From Camelus dromedarius (taxonomy: Eukaryota), in assembly GCF_036321535.1 (NCBI RefSeq), contig NC_087436.1, positions 62,870,001-62,934,000 on the forward strand: 64,000 nucleotides of DNA. Direction: 5' to 3'. Below, one piece after another: positions 1-12,799 of the stretch. A program made the translations under genes and the position numbers. Under the pieces are notes generated by a model. That model made no database searches. It was not told the DNA's origin and worked only from the letters and a program-made list of their open reading frames with translations. The first letter of the stretch is position 1. The number at the start of each line of letters is the position of its first letter.

Positions 1-474
1 GGAGAATTTTCAAGTGTTCCTTTTAAGACACAATTACATTTGATAATTGCCTTCCTATTTGGTCAATAATAATAATTTAAGGATCGAAAAAAATAAAACT
101 CAAGTAGAAAGTACAAGCAGCTATTAAAGTATGTAAACTGCTGAGAATTTCCATTCTTTTTTTCAAGACAAACATTATTTATTATTCTTATATAACCTGC
201 AATAACCTGAAATGGCTAGAAAAATTCCTGTTGCTAAGAGATGGAGAATTTGCCTAGATTTCATTTTCATGTTTGTTAAATTTTCAAACTCACATGTTTG
301 TTAGGAAGCCTATGGAGAGTAATGGAAAATGGGCTATAGAGACAGAAGAGGACTATATTATCCGACATGAATTAAAAGCTTTACATATCAGATGCATGAT
401 TTGGGCCAATGATTTAAAAATCTCTAGACATTTATGTGGGTAAGTACATACATACTCTTCATAGAACATTGACT

Positions 475-655
475 CTGGGCCAGGCACTGTGGTAGACATT
501 TTATATATCTTTTCTTAAGTTCGTCTCATGGCAACTTCATGAGTTAAGCATGATTATCTTCATTTTGTAGATACATTGGGATTATTTTACAGAAAACATA
601 GTACTTTGCTCAAGATCAAATAGCATACAAGTAGCAAAGCTAGGATTTGAAATCA
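475..655 (-). mobile_element. MIR SINE fragment
   Basis: ccaggcactgtg...attatcttcattttgtagat...ttgctcaagatcaaatagc...gctaggatttgaa matches the reverse MIR core. Confidence 0.7.
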
Positions 656-1554
656 ATAGGTGTCACATCCATGTAACAATTAAGTTACTTTGCACTAATT
701 TATTAAAAATTATCTGTTCACAAAAGTGGCCTTGGATTGTGTTCAATTAGCTTTAACTACTATGCATTATTCCACGATGAATTCCAAGGACTGAAATTTT
801 GGCAAAAGAAGTTCTCTAGCATTTACTTAAAAAAAAAAAACTCCACCCCGCACCCCAGCCAGTGTGTTTCCCACCAACTATCCTCTAGTGGAACCCTTTA
901 ATGACAGATTATAAGCGTGAGAATATTTTGCATAATGGGTTCAAAAAAGTTGCACTATCCTTCATTATAAAAGTTTATTAAATAGAGCTTGATCTTAGTT
1001 TCAGGCTAATCTTAGGAATAAGCTTATTTCTACTTTGGATACTTTAAAGAGAAGAAGGAACAAATGCATTTTCCAGGTTATCTGACAAGAAATAGATAAG
1101 AGAGTACAGACTGCCTTATATCCCTGTCACATGAAATAATAGAGATTACTTTTTTAAAAAGTCCAAAGTGGAAATGGCAGAAAGCAAATTTCCAGGTTTA
1201 TTGAATACACAAGCTAGATAGGTTTCTATGATTAAAATTCAAACCCTAATTACTAACACTTGATTAATAGTACCCTTATATTTTCTCTCCCTCTCTCCTC
1301 TCCCCCTTCCTTTGTTAAATTAACTAGATTTGTTTACTTCCCATCCAAGAAGCCAACAAAGCATTCAATATATATTAATTCCTTTCATCTCACACAGTTC
1401 AGTATTTTTAAAAAAGCACACAAATAATATTTTACTACTTATATAATATCTTTTAAAAAAATCGCTATAAATATATTCTTTTACATTTGAATAATCAAGT
1501 ACATCAAGCTAGATTTCAAATTTTTCTTACTGATGTTAATTAATGTATTCTTAT

Positions 1555-1740
1555 CTTCATTCATTGACTATTCAGACACTGAGATGTCTACAAAGAGCAA
1601 GACACAGCCCTTGAGCTAGAGGAACACTATAATGGGAACACTGGCAGGCAAATGGATGATTATAATGCTGGGAAAAAAGCTACAGAGTTCCATGGAATCA
1701 AAGAGAAAGGAGAAACTAACTCTGTGGGGAAGTTAGACTG
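1555..1740 (-). mobile_element. L2 3' fragment
   Basis: ttcattcatt tail followed by aagacacagcccttgagctagaggaa, typical of reverse L2 3' end. Confidence 0.5.
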
Positions 1741-2316
1741 TCTAACTGATGACTTAGGATTTAGCCCTCTAATAGAGTCTGTGTTAGATTAATGATGTTT
1801 GTTTTTCATATTTCTTAATTGTATCTTTTCTGACATAACCAGCCTTCAAATTGTCAGTTAAATGAATTGTTATTTTAGTTCTAACAGAATAATTCTGGAT
1901 TCTATCTTGAAAAGCAATTTTTTTAGCTTTATGGGAAGTGGATTTGTGGGAAGTAAACTAATGGTGGATGCATGTAATAGTTTATTAACCAAATCCTGTT
2001 TAAAAAAATCAAAGAGCAGGAAGTTTTGGAACAATGAAATTTCCTATTTTCTTTATGCAGTGTTCAGAAACTCTCTGTAGAACGGCCAGTTCATATAATA
2101 AATACACTTGAAAGTCCAAAGCAAGAAAGTGGATACCATATGTTTATCTAGGAAATCACAACACTAGCAAAAACAAATGAACGACCAAACAAACAAATAA
2201 ATTGTGTCATGGTGAGTAAAGAGCTCTAGGTTGATGCGTTTTTTTCCAACAGAATGCCACCTCTTTTATTTTATCACAAACATTTTGATAAAGCATCGTA
2301 GTAAAAAACATGGTTT

Positions 2317-2924
2317 TGTTAAGCAGCTAGATAGAAATCAGCACCAGGCAGGGGGAGAGGAAGAGGGAAGGAGCAACCCAGAAAATAACAGTACACCTGC
2401 ACTCAGGATAAGGTGCTTCAAAAATTTTTACTTTCTCCAAATGAGGGCCAGCAAAGAAGCCAGCTAGGATTGAATACTGCGGCTGCACAGTAGAGAGAAG
2501 GACCTGGCTTAACTTGACCCAATGCTCATTACAATGTAATTAACACTGCAGTTTGAGCCCCCTCCTGTACGCTTCTCTGTGTACATCATAAGAGCATGAG
2601 TAAAAGAGATGGGTATGCCTGAGCACAAGGAACCTGAGCTGTCAATCAATCAGCCTGAGCACTCAAAAAAAAAAAAAAAAAAAAAAGTAAGCCATCAATC
2701 AATTCCCTCTAAGCCAGGATACAAGACAGGAGAACAAAGGAGCAGTGCCATTTTTCCCTCTCTTGGGTTGGCCTGACCCCAATTCTCAGAGGTGTATATT
2801 ATTTTACTACTTTTTTACTTTACTAGTAAAATCTTCTGTTTATATTATGCTTTTTGTCTCTTGTTAAAAATTTTTTTTTCGATGACAAAGAACTGAGGTA
2901 TTTTTTCTCCTCCTCCTGGTAACA
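2317..2924 (+). mobile_element. ERV1-class solo LTR
   Basis: Termini TGTTAAGCAG...CTGGTAACA; 4-bp TSD GTTT at 2313-2316 and 2925-2928; candidate polyA signal AGTAAA at 2825. Confidence 0.8.
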
Positions 2925-4081
2925 GTTTGAATATTTCCATTTTATGTCTGCAAAAGTAAGCTAACACAGCAAATTCTCTCATGACATCTGCTTATTCTTC
3001 CATTTATAGGGTCATTAAAGAGACATAAGATGATTTTGAACTTTGGATATTGAAAGAAAATCTGAAAATATGCATAAAGGTTCAAGATTTTAATTTTCTT
3101 AAACATATTTGTATGTTCTTGACCCACCAGTTAGTAAACTTAAAATATGATGCAAAATTATATTGTTTCCATTTCTTAAAAGAAAACAAAATTCTCCCTT
3201 TGTTATGGAAAAGATATTTTCTATGTTACTAATTTTTAATTTATTGTTAGATCCAGAAACTTCTTTTGACATAATAAAAATTGACAGAAAAATATGGTTT
3301 ACACTAGCAATCAGATTTTTATTCAACATTTCAAAATATTCTAATTTTTTAAAGTGACTCACATATACCTTTCGCCAGGTCTAATATTATTACCAGATAT
3401 ACTTCTAACTTATATAATTTTATAGATGTAGAAAACTGGTTTTTGTAAGGTAGACAGCTATTAAATCAAGGCTTAAAGCAATGAAGGAAGTCAGAAGCCT
3501 TTGTCCTAAAGACCTAACTTTAATTAATCAGGTCACCTATCACCTCGACAAGTGAAAAGGGCTTTCAGAGTAAAGACCCAGACTTTATAATTTTATAGAG
3601 TGATGATGAACATGATTTTGATCTGGTGACATTTACATGGCCTAAGTTACAAGATAAAGACTATCTTTCTAAGGCTGACTGGAGTTAATTTATGGGATTT
3701 AAAAAATGATTAATAATGCTGTGATAGGAAACAAGAAAGAGAGAAAATTGTCTGGAACTCCTTTCTCCTGTTCTCTAAGACAGAGTCAAAGATGTGATTT
3801 GCCCAGGTGCATTCCTGCACGAATCAACTGTATCCCTTGAAGTCTCTCTTACCATCTCTTCCCTTTTCTGTAGTTAACTACTCCTGTAGGGGAAGAAATG
3901 TTTTCAATGATGGTGAGATTGACAACAAGGTCTTCTGAATTTGTCACCATCCACTGTGGAAAGGCATGACAGTCTTTCAAACTGTTTTATTTTTGGAGAG
4001 CACAAATACAGTACAATGGAATTACACTAAAGACAAAATTCATAAACACATCTTATTTTGGAAAACAAAATATTAAGAGGT

Positions 4082-4378
4082 TTTAGGGCAGTGGAAATAT
4101 TCTTTGTGATATTATAATTGTGGATACATGTCATTATACATTTGTCCAAACCCAGAGAATATACAACACTAAGAGTGATCTCTGGTATAAACTATGGACT
4201 TTGAGTGATAATAGTATATCAATATAGGGTCATCAATTTTGACAATGAAACACTCTGGCAGGGGATGTTGACCAACAGGGACGCTATGCCTGAGTTCAAA
4301 CAGAGAATAGACAGGGAATTTCTGTACTTTCTGCTCAATTTTTCTGTGGACCTAAAACTGCTCTAAAATAGTCTATCA
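4082..4378 (+). mobile_element. 5'-truncated L1 (L1MC-like 3' end)
   Basis: gtggatacatgtcattatacatttgtccaaaccc...ctaaaactgctctaaaa; 15-bp TSD AAAATATTAAGAGGT at 4067-4081 and 4379-4393. Confidence 0.85.
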
Positions 4379-4852
4379 AAAATATTAAGAGGTGCTTTAT
4401 AGAAGGAGTGTTTACTCTAAGAAAATAACCTATTCTGTGTTTAACACCATTATTTTTAAGATATCAATTTACACCAAGTTAAATAAAGCAATACATTTAT
4501 AAAAAAAATAGGTAAAGTAAAACAAAACCAAGTAAAATCAAAGTAAATACCCACTGAATTTGTTGGAGTAAAATAAACAAATGTATAACTGTATCAAAAA
4601 AATAAACTATCTGTATAAAAATAAACCATTTGTATTACCATATAATCCACATCTGAATAAAACTGCTTTGGTTTTGATATTAACCTGTGGTTTAAAAATA
4701 AAATATTTGGAACACATTGTAGGGAGATGAATATATGGATTATATAGTTCTTAAAGGTTTATATTTATTCTCTATATAAAATAATGAAACCCTTAACATA
4801 TTATAATGGCAAAAGTTTATGTTTTTGTTATTTTTTAGCATTATTATTAAAG

Positions 4853-5196
4853 TATTTAAAGAAGGAAGCCATTAGGCTACAGTGGCTCTAATTCCTGGGT
4901 AGCCTTCGTAAGCAAACCAAAAGCTAAGCCAGAGTCCATGCACTCGAATCTGAGAAAATGAAACTTAATGACAATTACACACATCCAAGGAGGCTCTCCC
5001 AAACAGGGGAACTGCTTAAGCTATGGCTAGTCAAATCATCTTTCTTGCTTTGCTTTCCTGTCTTCACTATAAAAATCTTTCCTCTGGCCCCTGTCACAGG
5101 AGCGATCTGAACCATTGTTTATTTGGCACTGCTGGACTGGAATCAATGTATACTCAAACAAACCTTTGAAAATTGTAATGTTTCTCAGTTTTAACA
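4853..5196 (+). mobile_element. ERV1-like LTR remnant
   Basis: TATA-like ctataaaaa near 5067, LTR-like composition, ends ttttaaCA; left boundary uncertain. Confidence 0.55.
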
Positions 5197-6110
5197 GTTT
5201 ATAACACTGCTCAATCTGGGTTTAAGAAAGTATGTATGTTCTCAGAATGCTACCAAGTAAATCTGGTGTGAGTACTTCAAATTCATCCTGGTGTTCTGTA
5301 ATAGATGAGACTTAAGTGGCATTTATTTATTCCAAGTCTAACAAAATGTTCAAAAAAAGTAATCGTGTTTAAATACATCTTAGTAACCATAAATACATGT
5401 TATTCCTGTTTGGTAGAAATACCAAGCATGTGTTATGAGAGGCCACCAGATCTTTTGCTCTATGCGTGGCACCCTCTCTCCTATAAATGCACAAGACAGC
5501 ACTGTTATCTGGAACTGAGCAGGATACAGAATCTAAGATCTTCCAATAAGATCATCCCCATCTAGATCATAACTACCTAAGAACATTCTCAAACAGGAGG
5601 CCATATTCTCTCTCTTCTGGGTCCCTAGCAAAATTCCTCAAATTTCCACTACTTCTCTGAAACTACCCTTCACTGATTGCTCTACTATAACCCAACTGCC
5701 TCCTGAGGGCAATGATTCCCAAGCAGACCTCTTAGCAGTGACTTTTTCTGTCAAAACCCACAGGCCACAACACCCACCAGGAGATGTGTAAGTCCCCCCC
5801 CCTTGGCTACAATCTCTCGGAAACTGGAATGGCCTCTCTCTTTCTCTGGAGTACTATTCTTCAAGTGTAGTGATCTCAGAGTTTTTCACTAAGATATGAT
5901 GCTTAGTTAACCACATAAGCAGGCTGCTTTCCTATTCATAACAAGCTTTAGATCTCCCCCATTCTTTTGTCCTTAAGACATTTGTTGATATTAAATAACT
6001 TCTGTGATGCACTTCTTGTCTCTGACTCTGCTCTAAGATTGAGTCACTGGTTTTTTTTTTTTTCAAGTTTATCAGGGTTATTAAAGTATTCCAATGATTT
6101 TGTATATTCA

Positions 6111-6464
6111 TGTCTTAGCTCTGGCTGTTATCTGAAAATAGACTGGGTGTCTTAAATAATAGAAATTCAATTCTCACAATTTTGGAAGCTGGGAAGTCTC
6201 AAATCAAGAGTCTGGCCAGTTAGCTCCTGGTGAGAGCTCTTTTCCTGGTTTGCAGATGGCTGTCTTTTTGATGTATCCTTGAGAGAGAGAACAAGTTCTC
6301 TAATCTCTTTTTATAAGGGCATTGATTCTGTAGTGAGGACCCCACTTTCACGACTTCATCTAGATCTAATTACTTCCCCAAAGCCCCATTTCCAAATATC
6401 ATCACATCTGGGGTTAGGGATTCAACTTACGAATTTCGGAAAGAACAGAAACAGTCCATGATCA
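6111..6464 (-). mobile_element. MaLR LTR (MLT1A-like)
   Basis: tgtcttag...gactgggtgtcttaaataatagaaatt...ggaagctgggaagtc...ctaattacttccccaaagcccc...ggggttagggattcaac. Confidence 0.85.
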
Positions 6465-6499
6465 TTTATTAATCCACAACTCTATCATGCTAATTTTTA

Positions 6500-6850
6500 C
6501 AATGTAATCTACCACTCCATGTCTAGCATGTCTCCTGTCCTTGAGCTGTATGCACTCACCAGAAACAGGGACCTGCTTAGAGTTCCTCGAGGCACAATCA
6601 GCTCTTTGTCAGTCATGTCCTTCATTATTTTGCTCCCCTTCTCCCTGCACACACCATTCCTCTTCACTTGACCTTCACATGGACAATATCTACTCTGCTT
6701 TAAAACTCAGATCCTCATAGTGAAAATCTTTTGTTGTTTTTAAATCTTGCCTTCCAGACTAGGTAAGATGAATTTGCTACTAAGATCTATTTTATAAAAA
6801 TGTTTGTATTTGTAGCGTCCAGCACACAAACTCAATTAATGTTTAATGAA
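6500..6850 (+). mobile_element. L2 fragment
   Basis: Pyrimidine-rich L2 body (tctactctgctttaaaactcag) ending agcac...ctcaattaatgtttaatgaa. Confidence 0.5.
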
Positions 6851-6949
6851 ACAACCCATGAAAGCCCATGAGATCATAAATTACTTCCAATTTATAGACG
6901 AAGAGAGCTAAGGAGAAAAAAAGGCAAATGAAATAATGGGCCAGATAGT

Positions 6950-7432
6950 GTTAATTAGCTACCCTTTAACAAAGGTCCACTTTCTCCTTGTCTCTTTTTT
7001 CATTTGTGAGTGGCAGTGTCCCGTATCCCAGGGCACGAATCATATTTCTTCTATGTCAATTATGGTATCTCAGTCCCACTTGCCAGTAATTAACTTAAAA
7101 TAAAAATATGACATCCTCCTGGCATTTAATTTTAAAAATAAAGGGGTGAGGCTTCCAGAACATGGATTTCGTCTGAGCAAAACAGGTAAACAGTCCTTGC
7201 TCCCTTCCTATTCAGGTAATTGAAGGCTGCTGTAGTTTTCTTATAATCAAAAGGTGTAAGCCAAGAATATACCAGGGAAGTGAACCTGGAGGCCTAGTCT
7301 GTTCAAATGCTGTATCAGCTCTGCAATTTCCCATATGTGGGCTACTTGTTACATGGAAATGTAAATTTCTATTATTTAACCTACTTCAAGTTAGGCATCT
7401 GTTTCTTGCGATTCAATGAATCATATGTGACT
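6950..7432 (+). mobile_element. Old MaLR LTR (MLT1J/K-like)
   Basis: 3' end ctacttgttacatgg...aatttctattatttaacctact...ctgtttcttgc resembles old MLT1 termini. Confidence 0.5.
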
Positions 7433-9621
7433 CAAAACCTGATGACCATGAGTGATAGGTCTTCACCTGCTAAGAAGCACATCAGGGCAGAGACATTCCC
7501 TAATGTGAGGTCCCCACCAACTTGCCTTTTAGAAGCAACATATTGGAGGCTGTAGTTAGATTTTCCAGTATGTTACCCATTTTATTTAGGCCATTTAGGG
7601 ACTCTGGTCTTTTCTCCCACAAAATACTAATTTATTATTATTACTATTTTACCATTGATAATAATAATACTAAGCTTGTATTGCCACTGAGGAATTTAGC
7701 TCCTTTGTCTTCCTACAATAGAAACTCATTTCTCTGAGAAAGTGGTGTGAAGCAAGTTCAGGCATTCATAAATAAACTGTAAGAAGAGGCCAGACCAGTG
7801 GACTAGATAAAACAGTAATTGAATCACTATATTAAGGCCTATAGCATAAGCTTATTATTTCTCTTTAGAAGGAGTCAACTATCCTAATATCTATGGTGAA
7901 GGACCACCTCCTTCCACTGAAGGAACTCTGTTTTTTATTGGGCATCAGGCATTAATAGGAAGCACCTCTTCACTCTCCCTCTACTCACAGCATGATGCTC
8001 TCACTTCCATACAAATTCCCCTGCTAAGAAGTTTAGTCCTTTGCTAAATGAGCAGCTCATTCCACATACAACATAGGAAATACCTACATCACCATGTACA
8101 GAGCATCTGAAAATGAATGCATTGGTAGATGAATGTGTGTGAATTTATAATGAATATGGTATCTTTAGCTGCCATAGAGTGACTATTATGAACTAACACA
8201 CCCAGAGAACTACCTAGAGTAATTGCTACTTGAATTTATATTTAATTTCCAATGGAAAATGTGGTCCAGTTGAGAGTCTCAGTAGTGCATCAATGAGATT
8301 TTAAAATGCCCATGCCTTAATTACTCCATTTATAAAACTGAAATAAAAATTACTTTAACATGCTATGAAAATTGCAAGCATGCTACCTTCAAAAAGCAGA
8401 AAATCTTACTGTTAAATAGTATGCATTGTGTAATATAGGATAGGTAAATATAACTCAGAGAAATATAACTCAGATGTGGGAAAAGGGGGAGAAAAGGATA
8501 CTGAATATCCAGTTCATCACTGGAGAATCTTACACTCAGGAAAAAAGAAAAATCAAATGTGATTTATCAGGAAATTAAGAGTCAACACAAGAAACCTCAT
8601 TTCTAAATTACTAATTACATTAGTATTAGTAATTCAATATATTTTCATTTACTGTATGCCCCTCATGTATTCCAAATAAAACTGCTTATTATCATGCCAA
8701 ATTTCTTTCTGCACCCTGGAGAGTAATGGCGACTAACAAAAAATGGTTAGATCAGTAAAGTGCATCTTAGTCATATAAACATATTTTATTTATCTTACAA
8801 ATTATAGTTTATTTGCCTCTTATCAGCCATAGTTTTTCAATGGTTGAAGTGGCTACAGAAAAACATCTTTGTAAATTTGCATTATTGACATATTTAAGCT
8901 ATAAAATCTTAGAGAATGACATCAGTCACATTTAGCTTTTAGATGAAAAGAATATTGTCAGATATGGCAGAATTTTTATTGAAATGTATGCCATTTGAGA
9001 AATTATATGGTGTTCTGATATGAATTCAGGTCTCCAGATGAGACTCTTATCTATCAGCTATCAATGAATCCTTTATAGTGTCTGAGATATAAAATGAGCC
9101 AGTCCCTAGCAATGGGAAGAAGAATGTGATTTTTAAATTGTTACATATTCTATATTCTGAACAAAATTTTATTATTAAGAATCAACAAAAAAGATTTGAT
9201 TTTTATCACTTTGCATTAATTACATAAAAAGGAAAGAAGTAAAGGAAGGAGGAAGAAAGGAAAAGAAACTTGTGTATTTACAGACATAAAATATGAGTTT
9301 CAATAATAGGTATTGAGAATATCTCTGTCTAATACTCAATTATTCCTGATTTAAGAGATAGGAGTGTCATTCACTAGGTGTTGAATACACACATAATCAG
9401 AGGGTGGGTGGGTAAAAGGTTTTTAGATTTATAGAGATAAATATTAACAAAAGTAATATGTGATGTCTTGTCTTCAAAATATAAAATATATTTATCAGTT
9501 AATATTGTTAAATAAACTGCAATCACAGAAGTCAACCTCTTGTGTAGAATAAATTTTCTACTTGGAAAACTTAAGACTACTTGATCACCACTATTGGTGA
9601 CTTTTTATGTATGGGTGTCTG

Positions 9622-9732
9622 TATATACACACACACACACACAATATATATATATATAGTTTTAAATTTTTATTGTTGTATAGTTGATTTACAACATTGT
9701 GCTAGTTTTAGGAGTATAGCAAAGTGATACCT
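9622..9732 (-). repeat. (CA)n(TA)n microsatellite abutting a short L1 3' end
   Basis: tatatacacacacacacacac...atatatatatat, then tttttattgttgtatagttgatttacaacattgtgctagtt (Laurasiatherian L1 tail, reverse). Confidence 0.75.
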
Positions 9733-11581
9733 ACTTTTATATATTATTTTTTTTTGCAATCTCAAGAATATAGTTAGAAAATACAACCGTTTTTACAAAT
9801 CTTTTTATGCCTTGCTGATGCTCTATGTCTAACTTCAGAGAATTTTAAAGGCAAAAATATATGTTGCTAATTATTGGTTTTTATTTAGGCAGAAGACCTG
9901 AAACACTCTCCAGAGTGACTGGACCACAAAGCTTACAGAATATACAATGTTCCAAATTTTTTAAAAGACATATTTAATATAAATGTGCGTATTTTATTGC
10001 TTCTTTTTACTATAAATGACTGATAGTTAAAAGTAATTACATATCAATGATCTAAATAGTATGTATCAGAAATGAGAAGTATGCATTTAATATAAATTTT
10101 GAATTTTTAAAAATAAAAAAGAATTATGCTTTACTAATATTTAGTATTTAGGCTGGCACCTTCTCTAAGGCAGTATTTATCAGAAGGTCATGTGTGATGT
10201 GCAGAATAGTATACATCCTTAAGGAAGAGAGAATTCCACGAGGCAGTAGGAACAAATGGCACTCTCAATAGCTTCTTTCCTTTCAATGTGTTCTGACAAA
10301 GTACACTGTATATATGCTAGATTAACATGATTTATGGGTTATAATGGCTAGTTTAAGCTAAATAAATCTCAAAAATTGATAATGACCTTAAAATATTCCT
10401 GTAAGGAAACAACTTATGTAAAATAGCACCAATGGTTCAAACACAAACTGAGAAAAGAGCAGATATGACATTTAACACATTCCAGTCAAAGTGCTTCATC
10501 TGCTATATCACGAGACAAAACAATGATGATTTTAATCGTATCTGATAAAAGACTGGCAACAGATGGAAAAAATCAGGTTATTGGAAACAGGGATCTACAT
10601 CCACTATCCCTAAAAATGAATAGTGCTCTATCTTGTGGTTTAATTTGTGTGTTAAGAATGCTCTGAAGTACTTGTAATTAGAAATATATTTATAAGAATT
10701 TATCTTAACTTTATTTCCTTTAAAGATTTCTGTTTTGAGTATTCTGATTCTGTTTACAAAATGTGTAACATGATGATAATCATCCCATATACAATGTATT
10801 TTAATATATTTATATTTTGAGATAGTGTTTAATAATTATTTAGTGAACAAGGTCTGTAATTTTGAAAGTTTGAATACCACTACTCTAGGAGATAAGACTT
10901 TTGAGTCTCACATTTAATGAGAATGTGAACTCAGCCTTATTATTTTTCAATTGACCAATAGAGATGTCAAACTAAATCTAGTATACAGTCTATAAATGTC
11001 ACAATTTTTAAATGAAATATACTAATTACACAATCTAGAAACTGAGGTTCTTTACATTTATTACATAACTCCCATGCAATTGATATCTGACAAATTTGAT
11101 TATCATGTTATATTGTGAAAAAATCTGTGCCTGTGGCGATGAATGCAATGCTATTTACATAAGTAAATATTGTTTTGATTTCCAGATAATATACCTTATT
11201 TTGAGAATCTTTACAAACTGCTGGAATGCAAATCTATGATAATCTATGCTACCTACCCCTCTTTCCTGTGGATGTAATGTAAAAAGCAAAGTAAGATATT
11301 TCCATTTTATAACTGAAATTTAGTCAAGATTATGTTCATGGGCAGACATTTTATCTTTGAATTACTTAAGAAAATCCATTTTCTCTAACAGTCCATAACC
11401 TATGCTTCTCAAGAACTACCGTAAGAGAGAAAATAAGGGTACGTTACAGACCCCAAACTATTTCTCTGGTTGTGCTACCTTCTCTTTGTGCTACCCTCAC
11501 TCCTGCCAACCTCTAAAGTTTCCAACTCATTCGGGAATTCCCTGGAAATCTGTTATGTGACTCTTTAATTATCCACTCTCT

Positions 11582-11755
11582 CAGCATAGCTTAGTGTTTG
11601 AAAGTACAGATCCTGAGTTTGAATTCTGGCTAGGCACACATAATGTGTGACTTTGAGCAAGAGGGCTAAGGTCACGGATTCAATGAGTCAACACATGTAA
11701 GCCCTGGGAACACGTGTGGCACACAGAAAGGCACCAAACATCTCTTCTATTATCA
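11582..11755 (+). mobile_element. MIR SINE (internally deleted)
   Basis: cagcatagcttagtg...cctgagtttgaattctggct...tgtgtgactttgagcaag...tggcacacagaaaggcacc. Confidence 0.75.
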
Positions 11756-12799
11756 TCAACTTCCGGTGTTACAGACAGCTAATGCAGTTGTTCAGCCACA
11801 GGTTCTACTGAATGTACTGCCATCACACTGTGGCTTAACAACACCCAAAGGTACCTCTGCCAGGAAAGATTCCAAGTCCTGATGCTGTGAACACTGATGT
11901 GTGCTCTGAGGACCTGCTGCTCCTGGAACTGCCTCCCTCCCTGCAGCAGCCACTGGCTCCGAGGATGCTGATGCTGTGGCATCCTCGCTGTCCCACAGGG
12001 ATTTAGTCAAATGGCTCGTCTTTCTACTTGCTCTTTTACTGTGGAGTTCTAGCTTTCTCCCGGAGCTGACATAGTGGCTCACTTTCCTTTACCCAAATCT
12101 TTATTTCCAGAAGAGAGATGATAACCTAGTTCATTGTGGGCAGTATTTATTGTTTATTAATACATTTTCAATGCCTTTAAGTTGGGCTTCTAATTTCAAC
12201 TGACTACAGACACTGTTGATTATTACCTTATATCCTAATACATTTCCTTGTTTGAGTCCTGAAGACATTTTTCTTGGAGTTTAGTCTCTTTCTTATTTTG
12301 TAGGGTAAATTAATTCCTTGCAGGCTCTTTGGTACTATACTATATAAACCTGGGAAAGACACCTCATTAGCTTTACAGATGTTTAAGAATGTAAGATTGG
12401 TGTGGCCTGGGTTTGATATGGAGGTTTGACAACAAATACAATGTGTTAAGAAACACTTGACAATTTTGTAAAATGTTTTTGGTCTTGCCCTGATAAAAAA
12501 TACCATAAAAGCCCTTAATAGTTTTTAATAAATGGACAAATTAATAATTTTATAAGCTTGCTTCCCATATATTCTTGCACAGATTTATATCAACACAAGA
12601 GTTTCTTCGTGTATTTTTTTCTTTCATATAAAGAAATTTTTAAATGGAGCCTAATATCTAACTGAGCTACTACTGAAGTATAGAAAAAGATACGTGCAGA
12701 ATAAAGAATGAAACAGAGGAGACTTCTTTTTGAAACCTAACTGGTACTTAAAGTAAACATTCTGTTCTACAACAGGAATTAAAGTCTTTGAAAAACTCT

